A stretch of DNA of 64,000 nt, from the NCBI GenBank assembly GCA_964016885.1, contig OZ024754.1:26660001-26724000 (forward strand), given 5' to 3'. The stretch is from Eledone cirrhosa (taxonomy: Eukaryota). The notes beneath the pieces were generated by a model. That model saw only the letters and a list, made by a program, of their open reading frames with translations. It made no database searches and was not told where the DNA came from. Made by a program: the position numbers and the translations under genes. Positions 25,118 to 39,400 of the stretch are shown piece after piece. Within the stretch, counting starts at the first letter, position 1, and each line of letters opens with the position of its first letter.

Positions 25118-27407
25118 CATATACATACATACACATATATATACATTACAAATTAAGCATGCATGCAGCAGCGCTGCCACCATCATCATCATCATCATCA
25201 TCATCATTTTACATCCACCTTTTCCTGCCTGCAAGGGTGAGAAGGGTCAGCTTCAGCACACCATACACACACATATATACATATACACAGAAGTACCTGC
25301 ATACACATAAATACAAAAATGTATATACAACACATATACACATGTACATGCATACACAAATACTTTTTAAAATGTTTTACTGTATAATCAAAAAGGAGTA
25401 GAGCAGCACCCATAGACCAATCATTCCCAAATGCACCCCATGCCTATGAAAGGGGCTTTATGTTAGAGAAATAAATTCCCAGTTCATCAAGTACACACAA
25501 CACATTGCAATATTTGTCTCCTGGCATTCGTGCGAGTTATGTTCTAGAGGGAAATACTCTTCATGGTCCATAAAAATGCCTATAAACATCAAAACATGTA
25601 AAATGTAGGCCAGCAAATACAGTATATCGTTATTAATAATTTAGCATTAAAAAGCATGAAAAATATATATATTACCACGAAAAAATATATATATTGCCAC
25701 GAAAAAATATATATACTGCCACGAAAAAATATATATATTGCCACAAAAAAATATATATACTGCCACGAAAAAATATATATATTGCCACAAAAAAATATAT
25801 ATACTGCCACGAAAAAATATATATATTGCCAGTCTGAGTCTACCTACTCTGTAACTTCCATCAATTTTGATACTCTGCACTTTTTTATACAGCTGTGCAT
25901 CACATGACCATACCTGCGTAATCTTCTCTCAAGTAAACAGCATCTGATCCCTCTTATTCCTAATTCCTCTCTTAATTTGTTTATGTTTTGCCGTTCGTGT
26001 ATATTACTATTACATATCCAATGGAGCATGCATGCTTCATTCCTTTCCAGTCTGTGAAAGTCCTCTGCACACAAGCCCATGTCTCACTGCCATGTAACAT
26101 TGCTGTTTGTGTGCAAGCATCATACAATCTGCCTTTCATTATTAGAGATGGATTGGCAGTATCGGTAGAGGGTCGGACACCATGCTTTCCAGCATATTTA
26201 CGTCCCTTTACGATCTGAGTTCAAATCCCGCCGAGGTTGACTTTGCCTTTCATCCTTATGGGGTCGATAAAATAAAGTACCAGTAATGCACTGGATAATT
26301 GCTGGCCTTGTGCCTAAAGTAGAAACAATTATTAGAGAGTGAATTGGCAGTATCGTTAGAGGGTTGGACGCCATGCTTTCTAGCATGGTTACGTCCCTTT
26401 GCGGACTGAGTTCAAATCCCGCCGAGGTTAACTTTGCCTTTCATCCTTATGGGGTCTATAAAATAAAGTACCAGTAATGTACTAGTTAATTGCTGGCCTT
26501 GTGCCTAAAGTAGAAACAATTATTAGAGAGAAACCTTTTGTGGCCAACAGCAGTATGACATATACAAATATATATATCACTGTAAAGTGCCCAATCCACA
26601 CTATAATGTGGTCATGTAGGTGACACGATAAAAAGCACCCAGCAAACACTGTAAATGTGTTTGGTGTTAGGAAGGGCATCTAGCTGTAGAAACCAAACCA
26701 AAATCTGTCCCGAGTGAGCTAAACATGGTCCTCTGACCTGATTCTCTCCCTAAGGGTCAACTCGTCCTACCCATGCTAGTACGGAAAATGGACATTAAAG
26801 GATGATGATTCTCATATATATATACCCTCATAGTAAACAACATTATGCCAGTGACAGACAAAGGCGCTACCTCTACTTCGAGATCATTCAAATACAAAAA
26901 AACAACAACAACTACAGCCTATGTTCACATCAATTTTCACTTTACCACCACTACCACCTCCAACACCACTATCAACAGCACCACTACAACCAACACCACC
27001 ACCATCTCCAGTACCAAGAATACTTACTTTTCTTTTTCTGTATACATCAAAGACATCTGTGAAGAAATAGAAAAAAAAAAAGGGAAATATTTCAGAGTTT
27101 TCCACAATATATATATACATATATATATAGAAGGAATTTGTAGTTTACTTAAAGTATTATATATGGTATAAAGAATTCAAAGTTTGAAAGCCATGACAAT
27201 GAGGGTTTTGACAGAATATAATTATATCGTAAGAAACAGGGGTTGTTTTTTTTACCTTAATTTATTCATAAGTCCTGATATTTCGGGATTAACATATGAA
27301 TAAATTAAGGTAAAATTACGATATAATTATTTTCCGTCGAAACCCGCATTGTCATGGCTTTCAAACTTCGAATTCTTTATATATATATATATACTATACA
27401 TACGTTC

Positions 27408-27439
<32 letters not shown>

Positions 27440-30400
27440 ATAAAAGTAGAATTGAAATTTAGCTTCGGCATACCTGTATACATGTATGTATGTGAATTTT
27501 GTATATCTAAAGATATATGGTATGTTTAACAAATAAACATTTTGAAAGCCCAGCTATGAATATTGAAAGGCTGATGGCCAGCGCTGTCTAGCAGATTCCA
27601 GCAGCAGCAACGAGGGACAACTGTCTACGCATTTCAAGCTTTGGGCTCTCACCAGGACAAGAGCTTCCCTGCTCTCTGCTGGAAATTGAAAACAAGTGAA
27701 AATATATAGTATTTTCACCTGTGTAAATTAGCTGATTAGCCTTATTTTCATATGAAGCTGTATAAGTTGGCTCAACTTCAAAGTAGAATTAAAACTCCAA
27801 AGGTTGTGAGTTCAATTCTCAGACCGAGTGATGTGTTGTTTCCTTGAGCAAGACACTTTATTTCACATTGCTCCAGTTTACTCAACTGTGAAAATGAGAT
27901 GATAGGACTGGGTTCCCTATCATTCCACTGCAAAGTGGTCGTGGAGGTGCCATGGCAAAAAAGCACCCAGCACTCACTGTAAATGAGGTTGGTGTTAGGA
28001 AGGGCATCCAGCTGTAGAAATCAAGCCAGAATCAGTTCCCGTCCCACCCTTGCAAGCAGGGAAAAGCGGACGTAAAATGATGATGATATATATATATAAT
28101 TGGCAGTAGGACTAAGATAGTGTTTAAGCATAATAGGGATGTTTATGAAATCATATACTAAACGGCAGCCTTGCAATTGAAGAAAAAAAGAATTTTTTGT
28201 GACAGAAAAATTATTTTTCTCTGTTTTTTCTGTGAACACATCACAAATATGTCAGTAGTTGTCAAGAATGTCAGACAGCAATGTTTCAAGATTCATTAAT
28301 CTTTCATCAGACATTAATCATTCATCAGACACCTGGTAGATTTTGTGTGAACATTTGGTGGAAATGCTCATTTGCATACAGTACAAACTTGGCTGATTAT
28401 CATTAATAGGCAGTAGCACTAAAACAGCATTTTTATTAGGAAAAATATTTGTTTCTTCGATAGCAAGGCTACCATACACTATATATGCTTTCATTTAAAC
28501 CCCTATTATGCTTAAATCACTTTTAAAACAATTTTATATAAATATAAATAAATGAATCAATGAGGCCAATACTTACATTCTTTAAGAACAAACTGTGATG
28601 CGATTCTCTGTTTGAAGAATGATAAAATGTCAGACTTGATGCTGACCTGATTTTGTTCAATAAAATTATAATATTCGGAATCATGTCGCTGACATATAGC
28701 TGAAAAGAGAATTATCAACAATCAAGGGTTATAAACATAACAAAGCTGAGTCAAACTCAGAAATAGCAACCAATTTTCAACCAATTTTCAACCAATTTTC
28801 AACCAATTTTTTTTTTAAATCCCCCAAAACAAAAAAATAAAAGGTACATTAAATAAGCAAGTTTTATATACAGCATATCTGAAACTGAAGTAGGGTGGTC
28901 ATGGTAGCCAAGTCTGAGGTTAGCCCTTTTGTTAACATATTTCTCATAAAAAATAGTGCTCTATGATTTTCAATCCATTTAAAAGGATTTAGTAATATAA
29001 CTAACTTTCTTATTAAGCTGGTGTTTGGAACACAACTTTAACTACACTATAGACGTCTTATATTGCCAATAGAGTAATCTCCCCTTAATACATAACGCAG
29101 TGTCAAGGGAGGCAATTCATAAAAGAATTCAGCCTGCTAAAGATTAAGACAGCTTCATTCATAAAATTTTGATAGAAGTTTTTTTTAGATAAAATACAAA
29201 ACACTTTTGTTACCTGGTTTCTGGAACATACCATAACAAAGGTTCTTACATAATGACGGAAGAGTTTGTATTGTATATACACATATCATCATCATCATTA
29301 TCGTCTAGCATCAATTCTTCCATGGGTTAGATGGGTTGTCCCTTTCAGGAGGCAAATCTGACAATGGTTGGCCATGTCGCACCTGCTCCGGTAAGGACTG
29401 TAAATTTGGCCAGATATTTTACAGCTAGATGGCCTTCCTAACATATATACATAAACATATACAAAGTGTTTGTCTTACCTAGAAGAGCACCATTTTTAAC
29501 GAAACATCGGAATTCTGAACCGGGATGAATGTTTAGCCATCTTCTAAGGACCAAATTGTATTCTAATTCTGGTTGATTGTTCTCAATATCTTCACAATAT
29601 TCAAAGCTGGAATAGAAATAAGGGGAAAGCTTTTTTATTGTACTTGGTAAGTTATTAATTAGAACATTAGATAAAACTAGCATGTGTATTGTGCATATAG
29701 ATATTATACACAGAAATTGAAGAGAGACTGTGTTATACTCTCTTCTGTAATCAGTAAAGTAATCCATGATATATTTAAAAAAGACGATATTATACATAAC
29801 TGCATTACAGTGAAAACGGAAAAGGAGAAAATTAGCAACAGAAATATAAACCTTATATAATGATGCAAATATATGAAAGTTTATATAAGCGATGTGATAT
29901 AGCATCTGTTATATCATAACTGGAAGTATTGACATTTGAAAATTTTAAAAGAAGTGAATCTTAAAATACGCAATCAGACTATTTATAAGACTATTTATAT
30001 TTAATCAACAGCTACGAAATTTAGTATATAAATTATGTAATATTCAGTCATTATTTATTCAAAGTAATCCAACTTATTTTACTAATGAGATAAAAAAAAT
30101 ATATTCAAGACACAGTCCTGCACTCCTCCCTTTATTATATTATGATATTTTATGGAATTTGCTCTGGTTCTTTGAGTTCTGAATAGCGCCGAGGCCAAAC
30201 TTTGGATTTCATTCTTCAATGTCAAATACTAGAATCAATTTAATTAACTTTCCTCATCTTCCCAAAATTGCTGAACTGGTACATAAATTAGGAATCATTC
30301 GGACGCCATGCTTTCCACCATAGTTACGTCCCTTTACGATCTGAGTTCAAATCCCGCCGAGGTTGACTTTGCCTTTCATCCTTACGGGGTCGATAAAATA

Positions 30401-33400
30401 AAGTACCAGTAATGCACTGGGTAATTGCTGGCCTTGTGCCTAAAGTAGAAACAATTATTATTATTATCATTAAGGTGGTGGATTGGCAGAATCGGTAGAG
30501 CGTCGGACAGCATGCTTTGCAGCATAGAGTTGCGACTCTTTATGTTCTGAGTTCAAATCCCACTGAGGTTAGCTTTGCCTTTCATCCTTACAGGGTCGAG
30601 TTGATAAAATAAAGCACCAGTCCTGCACTGGGGTCAATTTAACTGACTTTCCCTTCCCCACAAATTTGTTGGCCTTGTACCTAAATCAAAACCATTATTA
30701 TCCTCCATATCACAGACAGATCTTGTCATTTTTTCAATCTCAGATGAGTCATAACCAATGACTAAGGGTCCTTTGGGATTCTTTCACCAGCTCAATTTAT
30801 ATAAATACAAACAGCTTTATATCATAGAAACAGATCTGGTTTCAGGCAGGTTTTCTATCAAAAGACTTAATTCTTTAGCATTTACATTACTCTATATTTA
30901 CTATTGTATTTTCACAGGAAAGGCTTTATCTCACATAATATTAAATCTATGAGATTTTGATATTATTTATTTTGAGAACAGTACGAGTGGCCGGTTACAG
31001 CCAATTTTAACAGAAAGAGGTGAGAGAATTCTGGCCGGATATGGCTGGTTTAAATGCTAAAGGGTTAAACACATTACTTACGGATTGGTTAAATCATGGG
31101 TAATAAAGTCTGAACTTTTCAATAGCAAGTAAATATCAGCAGGACTTGTACAGCGGAGAGTTTTATCAAAGGAAATCCAAAACGCATCCTATGGAAATGG
31201 AAACAAAAGTAGTTTGAGGCACTGATAACGTAACAATCAATGTAAGGCATATGGCTTAGTAGGTAGGGTGTTCACCTCATGATTGTAAGGTCATGAGTTC
31301 AATTGTTAGTGAGGTGTTGTGTCCTCGATCAAGATACTTTATGTCATGCTACTCCAGTCCACTCAGCTGGAAAACAATGAGTTGTATCTGTAATTCAAAT
31401 GGCTAGCTTTGTCACATATTGCGTTATGCTGAATCTCTCTGAGAAATACGTTAAGGACACATGTGTCTGTGGAATGCTCAGCCACTGGCATGTTAATTAC
31501 ATGAGCAGGCTGTTCTGTTGATCAATCAACTGTAACAGTCATCTTCAGAACAGATGTCCTACCCCTTCACACCAATGTAACAATACATGAACATTAACTA
31601 CCAAAAATATCATAGTGGAACAGTTGAATCTGAGAAAACTAATGGCTGTCTTCTTTCTTAGAAAATAGTGAATACAGAAAGTCGGTTAACTGGAATAAAT
31701 TAGTCTTCTGTGATGAAGAGAGAAGTTTAAAAAATGTTTACCTTAGGAGAACTCCAGTTCAACTTGGGGAAGACTTCCCCACCAAGTTCTTCAATAAAAC
31801 TTCGGATCTTTTTATCCAACTCTGGGAAGTCAGGTGCCTAGTATGAATATAAAACACATACAATTACCATATTTTAAAATAGTTTGAGATGATAGGTGTG
31901 GACAGCAGAAAAGATGAGATGTTTAGATGTCAGGTGAGGATGGCAGAAAAGATGAGATGTTTAGATGTCAGGTGTGGACAGCAGAAAAGATGAGATATTT
32001 AGATGTCAGGTGAGGACAGCAGAAAACATGAGATGTTTAGATGTCAGGTGAGGACAGCAGAAAACATGAGATGTTTAGATGTCAGGTGAGGACAGCAGAA
32101 AAGATGAGATGTTTAGATGTCAGTTGAGGACAGCAGAAAAGATGAGATGTTTAGATGTCAAGTGAGGACAGCAGAAAAGATGAGATGTTTAGATGTCAGG
32201 TGAGGACAGCAGAAAAGATGAGATGTTTAGATGTCAGTTGAGGACAGCAGAAAAGATGAGATGTTTAGATGTCAGGTGAGGACAGCAGAAAAGATGAGAT
32301 GTTTAGATGTCAGGTGAGGACGGCAGAAAACATGAGATGTTTAGATGTCAGGTGAGGACGGCAGAAAAGATGAGATGATTAGATGTCAGGTGAGGACAGC
32401 AGAAAACATGAGATGTTTAGATGTCAGGTGAGGACAGCAGAAAACATGAGATGTTTAGATGTCAGGTGAGGACAGCAGAAAAAATGAGATGATTAGATGT
32501 CAGGTGAGGACGGCAGAAAAGATGAGATGTTTAGATGTCAAGTGAGGACAGCAGAAAAGATGAGATGTTTAGATGTCAGTTGAGGACAGCAGAAAAGATG
32601 AGATGTTTAGATGTCAGGTGAGGACAGCAGAAAAGATGAGATGTTTAGATGTCAGGTGAGGACAGCAGAAAAGATGAGATGTTTAGATGTCAGGTGAGGA
32701 CGGCAGAAAAGATGAGATGATTAGATGTCAGGTGAGGACAGCAGAAAAGATGAGATGTTTAGATGTCAGGTGAGGACAGCAGAAAAGATGAGATGTTTAG
32801 ATGTCAGGTGACCTAGATGGCTGAAGAGGATCACTTCTCGTTGTTGGCCAGTTCATTATGGACCAAGTTAGTATTTAATAGGAGCTACTGACATCCTAGA
32901 TCAGAGGTGGTGGGGAACCTTTTTATGTTGCAAGGCCAAAATAAATTACATGTAATATAATAAGGCTGCATTCAAGAAACCATAATTGTATATTCTTAAA
33001 ATTTTGATAACTCTGGCGTACTAAATCCCTGCAGGTTCCCACCAACCAGCCTCGGATGACAGTGGCCCCAGTCAAATGGGAATTTAATGTACATTCTAGA
33101 ATCACATTAGAACTAAAACATGAGCGTAGAAAGTACTGAAATGGCCCTATGATCTGCTAATTTTAAAATTCTGACTGTCTGTCAGTGTGGATTATTTCGC
33201 TGAATTTTCTTTTACTCTTTGATATTTAAAATACGTTCATCTTATAGTTTAAATTAAAATAATAAGGCATAGACAAAAACATTAATAAAAATTAATAATT
33301 TGTTGGAAATTTTTTGTTCTTTTGAAAGGTCTCACAGAATGACATAGAAGGTCTCATGTGGCGTTAAGGCCACATGCTCCCCATCTCTGTCCAAGATGGC

Positions 33401-36400
33401 TGAAGGGGATCATCTCTTGCTCAGTATCAAATACAATCCATCCACGACAATCTTGTCATTTGTTTTTCTACTACATTGTATCTAGGACAGTATAAAGAAA
33501 ACCATGAACACAGCTCTTTCTTCCACATCAAACTCATCATAATATTATAAAGGGAGGAGTGCAGGACTGTGCCCTAAATATATTTTTTCATCCTGTTAGT
33601 AAAATAAGTTAGATTAGTTTGAATAAATAATTGTTTCTACTTTTGGCACAAGGCCAGCAATTATTCCAGTGTATTACTGGTACTTTATTAAGTACACCGG
33701 CATCATTCTGGACACACTTATCTCCAACAACATCCTGATTTGCACTGACACACTGCCTTGCAATGCGGAACACCGCACGTCTCTGATCTTCCCGTCGCAG
33801 AACATTGGCAAACCTCCTACTCTCAGCCTCCCTGCGTGCTAAGTACACCTGACGTCTAGCTTCTCTCTTAGCGGCTGTGTATCCGTCTCTACTCCCACCA
33901 TTTTTCCAAGCTTTCCATGCCAGTCTTTTGTCTCTAATGGCCCTATCTACCGTGCTGTTCCACCACCAGGTCACTCTCTGTCTGGTTGAAGCTCTGCCCC
34001 AACCACAAGTTTCTTCAGTAGCCTGCAGTAAGTTGTCACATAAGAAAGTCCAGTTATCATCTATGTCATACAACTCTAAATCATGTTCTTTTTCGTCGTA
34101 CGCATCTTGAAGGGCTTGGCTAAATTTATATTTTAATGAAAGGTCTTTTAGCTTCCAGACCTTTCTTTTCCACACCTTCCTGTATGTCTCATTCTTTCTC
34201 TTGCTTACTGAGATGTCACTAACGACTAACCTATGCTGTGGGGTACATTCTTCCCCAGGTTAAGCCTTAGTATTTGACGCCATCCGTCTGTCTCGCTGTC
34301 TAACTAGCAAGAAGTCAATCTGGCTTATGTGCTCGCCTGATTTGTAGGTTATTAGGTGGTTGGTAGGCTTCTGGAACTTAGTGTTGCAAATGGTTAGTGC
34401 ATTTGCATCACAAAATTCAAGAAGCCTCACTCCTTCATTTCTTGCGCCATAACCGTGCCCACCATGTACCCCAGTGTATCCATCCTGGAGCTGTCCAACA
34501 TGTCCATTGAAGTCCCCTGCTAGCATAATGATGTCTCTGTCCTCTGTCATTGAGGCTGTCTGTAAAAGTTGCTCGTAAAAGCAGTCTTTCTCTTCTTTAC
34601 ATAGGCCTGCCTGGGGAGCATAGGCAGAGAGGATGGTCAGTAGTCTCTTGCCTACAACTAACCTAAGCTTAATTATTCTATTACTAACTCTAACTACCTC
34701 TATTGTCTTATTGATCCATCTCTCAGCCAGTAATATGCCCACCCCACCTTACCCATCATCATTACCCACCCAGAAAAGCTTATAACTACGATGTTTGCCT
34801 GCGATTAGTCTTGCAGAGGCACCTCTCCATCTCATCTCTAGCACACAGCAAGCATCCACATGCCTTCTCTCCAGCATCTCCGCTATCTCACCAGATCTAC
34901 CTGTTAGAGTGCCAACATTAAGCGCGGCAACTCTGAGATGCGACGTGTTGTTCTTTTTCCTGTTGTGCGATTGCTTGATGAGTCGGGGGGTTCTCACACA
35001 TGGCCGCACCAGCCACCCCACTACCGTGCGCAGCCCTAACATGGTTAGTGTTATTGCTGTTGACGCAGTTGTTGCAATTCTTATTTGTTGTGCTCATAAT
35101 TTTGGCTTTTATTATACTCGTTGGATGCCCTTCCTAACACCAGCACCACTTTACAGCATGGACTGGGTGCTTTTATTCGTGCTACCAGCACTTGAGAGGT
35201 TGTCTTACTGAACTCAGGGGCCCTATCCACCCCTCCATTTTACAGCATGGACTGGGTGTTTTTATTCGTACCACCAGCACTAAGGAAGTTGTCTTACTGG
35301 ACTTAGGGGACTTCTCTACCCCGCACCAACATATTCGGAGTGGTAGCTCTCCTAGACGAGTTGCCTACATTGCGGCTTACGGAGCCTCGTCCGCCCCTTG
35401 TCTGTTCTATGATATATTCACGAGGGAGTGGTTAGCATACAGTGTCAGACATGTATACCGAATGTGGTGAAGGTGGGGCGGGTGAGTGGTAAGTGAGAAC
35501 CGTTGCCAATCACATACACACAAATATAAATAACAAATATACAGCCATCTTTATGGAAAATGAGAGCGTAACAGCTTCCACTTTTCATACAAACTGTTGT
35601 TACACATACTATTTGAACATAATTGTAGATAAGAAGAAATAAAATGACACCTATCTTTATAAATCCATACATGGATTACTTTATTGATTACAGAAGAGAG
35701 TGTAACACAGTATCTCTTCAATTTCTGTGCATATTGTCAATTATGATTTTATTTGACATTCATATCTACATGCATGTATATTTGTGTATAATATCAATAT
35801 GTACACTATACATGCTAGCAGAAAACCATCCGAAGGATGGTTTTCTGCTAGTTAATAATAATGATAGATTAAAAAGCAAATTTATAAAATGGAATCAAAT
35901 TCTTACCTGATTTTCATCATGTGTGGAATTCCATTCATACTGGAAGAATAATAAAACTTTATTAAATTTGATTTATTAACATTTCCTAGTATTTCAAGGT
36001 TGTCCAGAATATATGTGTATGAGTTTGTACGTGTATGTGTGTGTATGATAACTAATTACTGTGAGTTATTGTATGTGTGTGTTTATGAAAATAAATATCT
36101 ATGTTAGTATGCATGCGTATATCATAAGTAATTACTGTATGTGTGTGTATATATAATAATTAATATGTGTGAATTTGTGTGTATATCTCTAATTATTGTG
36201 TATACAAAATTGTGTGTGTGTGATTACTAATTACTGTGTATACAAAAAAGTGAGTTTGTGTGTATGTGTGATAAATACTGTATGTATCTGGTTTAGAATA
36301 GTTACACTGTATCACTACATGTGATAAGAGGTGACAAAAAGGGTTTATGCCAGGAACATTTGGCCATAAAACTTTGCTTAAGCATGTAATGGGGCCATAA

Positions 36401-39400
36401 GGTTAACCCTTTCTTTAGCAGGTAAAATAACCATAAAATATTTGCTGCTGTGTATGGTAGCTAGCTGCACCTTCTCAGACTTGTTGACCATTGTTGTTAC
36501 AAGTGTGGACATCACACCCCTCTTATACATATAGACTAGTTGTTATATATAGACTACAGAGAAGACACACCAAGTCCATTCTGTAAAGTTGTAGTGCTGG
36601 TGCTACAAAAACAATACACCCAATCCACTCTGTAAAGTAGTAGTCCTGGTGCCATGAAAAAAATACACCCAGCCTACTCTGAAACATAGTAGTGCTGGTG
36701 CCATGAAAAAACACACCAAGTCCACTCTGTAAAGTAGTAGTGCTGGTACCATGAAAAAAAAACACCAAGTCCACTCTGAAAAGTGATAATGTTGGTGCCA
36801 TGAAAAAAATACACCCAGTCCAATCTGAAAAATTGTAGTGTTGGTGCCATGAAAAAACACACTCAGTCCACTCTGTAAAGTGATAATGCCAATCTCGCCA
36901 GACTTGTCTCATGACGTGGGTGACCTGTCTAACCCATGCAAGCATGGAAAATGGACGTTAAATGGTGATGATGATTCAAATGAATATTGATAAATATCGG
37001 TAAAAAATAAAATAACCATTGATACTTACATCATCATCAAAATAATCTTCATCATCACTTTCAGCGTCTTCACGACCTTTTGGTTGGATTTGGCCTGAAC
37101 TAAAATATAATGACAGTGTAAGACTTTTAGTAATTGTCATCTACCATAGCTTCAACTTGATGTAAGCTTGGTAGGTGGAAACTATAGGAAAGCCTGTCAC
37201 ATGGAATATACTTGTTTTGAGCAGTGAGTGACTTAACCCACTGTTTAGTGTTTAACCTCACAATCTAGAGCAGAGGTTCTCAGACATTTTGCCAACCCTC
37301 ACGGCCACCTAATACCCTCAGCACACACCTACCCTATTTCCAGAGAAACCTGCCTATATGCAAATTGTAAATAATATACAATAAATAAAATCGTTAATTT
37401 ATATATAATAAATAATTGTTTCTACTTTAGGCACAAGGCCAGCAATTCACCAGTGCATTACTGGTACTTTATTTTATCGACCCCGTAAGGATGAAAGGCA
37501 AAGTCAACCTCGGCGGGATTTGAAATAATATAATATGTTCGATGTATAAATATTATATATTTGTTATTTTACTATATTTATATATAATATGTATCATTTA
37601 ATATTAAATATATGATTATATCATCTCTACCACCCCTCCACCGCCCCCTTAGGCTCCAGAGCCACCTGGACTTTCTCAACGTCTCCTGGGGGGCAGTAGC
37701 GCCCACTTTGAGAACCTCTGATCTAAAGCTTGGGTGCTTTTAGTGGAATCCACTCTGTTGCCAGTATTGAAATAAAAGTATGAGACCAGAATGGTAGATT
37801 TGGTAGAATTTTTGGAGCATAAAAAAATGTCTTACAATATTTGTTCCAGGTTTTACTTAGCATTCTGAGTTCAATTCCTGGTAAGGCCTACTTAGGTAGC
37901 TGACTGAATCTATTGTCTGTTTAACCCTTTAGTTGCCAACCCAGCCAAAACTGCCTCTGGTTCTATGAAATAAAATCCCCCATTTTAAAGGTTTCCAATT
38001 TAAATTTTCCAACATAATTTTATATAAGAACCTTACATTAAGTTATCTTAGTAATGAAATAATTGATAATTTTAGTAAATCCCTAAAAATTCTTCATTAA
38101 TTAATTGCAATAGAGTGTATTCCATAGGGAATATGGCCATAAAAGAGTTAATACGTATATGCACTTATCACTTGAGTGACCTCTGCTGTAAGTATTCAGG
38201 TCAGGTCTGATTTAAAGATACCTCTTCATTACTCCCACTAGTTTCACAGACCCAGATCCTTCCCTCCCTTACTAAAGAGTTACAAGAGAAAAATAGAGAT
38301 ATAGATGAAGAAATCTGAACTTACCCTTCAGGAAGAAAAACACGGTCTGCTTTTAGATAATCCACAAACTGTTTGGGCAGTGAGATAATGAAGCTATCGG
38401 ATGAAATAAAGAGATGAGGAGAGGAATATCAGGCATAGTGCAACAAACACTGCTTTGCTTACTTTCCCAAATAAACATCAAAATTCACCATATCAAAAGA
38501 AAAAATTACAAATATCAAATACATAAAAAAGGAGGAAAGAAACTGATTATCAAATTAGACAGGGGAAATAATTGTTTCTATTTTAGGCACAAGGCCAGCA
38601 ATTACCAGTACATTACTGGTACTTTATTTTATCGACCTCGTAAGGATGAAAGGCAAAGTTAACCTCGGCGGGATTTGAACTCAGATCATAAAGGGCCGTA
38701 ACTCTATGCTTCAAAGCATGGTGTCCGACTCTCTACCGATACTGCGCAATGGTGTCATTGCTGATATGAACCAGTGGTAAACAGTCTTTCTTCTTGTTCT
38801 TGCTTGACAAGGATGGGGTTATCCTAAGCCAGCGATCCTAAAGCATCATCGTGCGAGGAGCTGACCAGGTCCACCAGCGCCCACCATCGTTGGCAGTCCA
38901 ATGCCAGCTCCATTTCATCCTCCAAGGTGATGTCAAGCCTCCAGAGATCTTCCCTAATGCCATCTAGTGAGGGGCCTTTTCCAGCCTGCAGCCACTGCGT
39001 CAAATGAAAGGGACCTCCGTCGCTTACGATGACAAATGTTTCGGTTGCTCATTCAGCGGAAAGCTTCTTTTTTTTTAAAATGTAAATAGGTATACCACAT
39101 TGTCAATATAATTCGTATAATGAATAAGACTGTCCAGATATACAGGGTGACCACAAAAACACTCCTTGATTTCAAATAGTTATAATATCAAAACTTAAAT
39201 CAATATTGGTGTATAAACTAACAAAGTTTCATGTGGTATTATTTGATATCATAGGCACTCGATGTGTGCCCCTTTTCTTGCTCGGCAAATATTGTAAGAA
39301 TATTCATTTGAGTTTTGATATCACAAGTATTTGAAATGAAGGAGTGTTTTTCTGGTCACCCTGTATATATAGTACTTAAAAAATAAGGAAAAAAAAATGG

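Noticed and set aside
29438-29905. 155-aa single-exon gene
   Set aside because: Only 29479-29606 is coding (CDC123 exon 7); the rest is intron, and its similarity to ORF 35644-35910 reflects the non-coding inverted repeat
31896-32811. CRISPR-like 38-bp repeats (also 46624-46840 and 12003-12292)
   Set aside because: Contiguous minisatellites without spacers in a eukaryotic context
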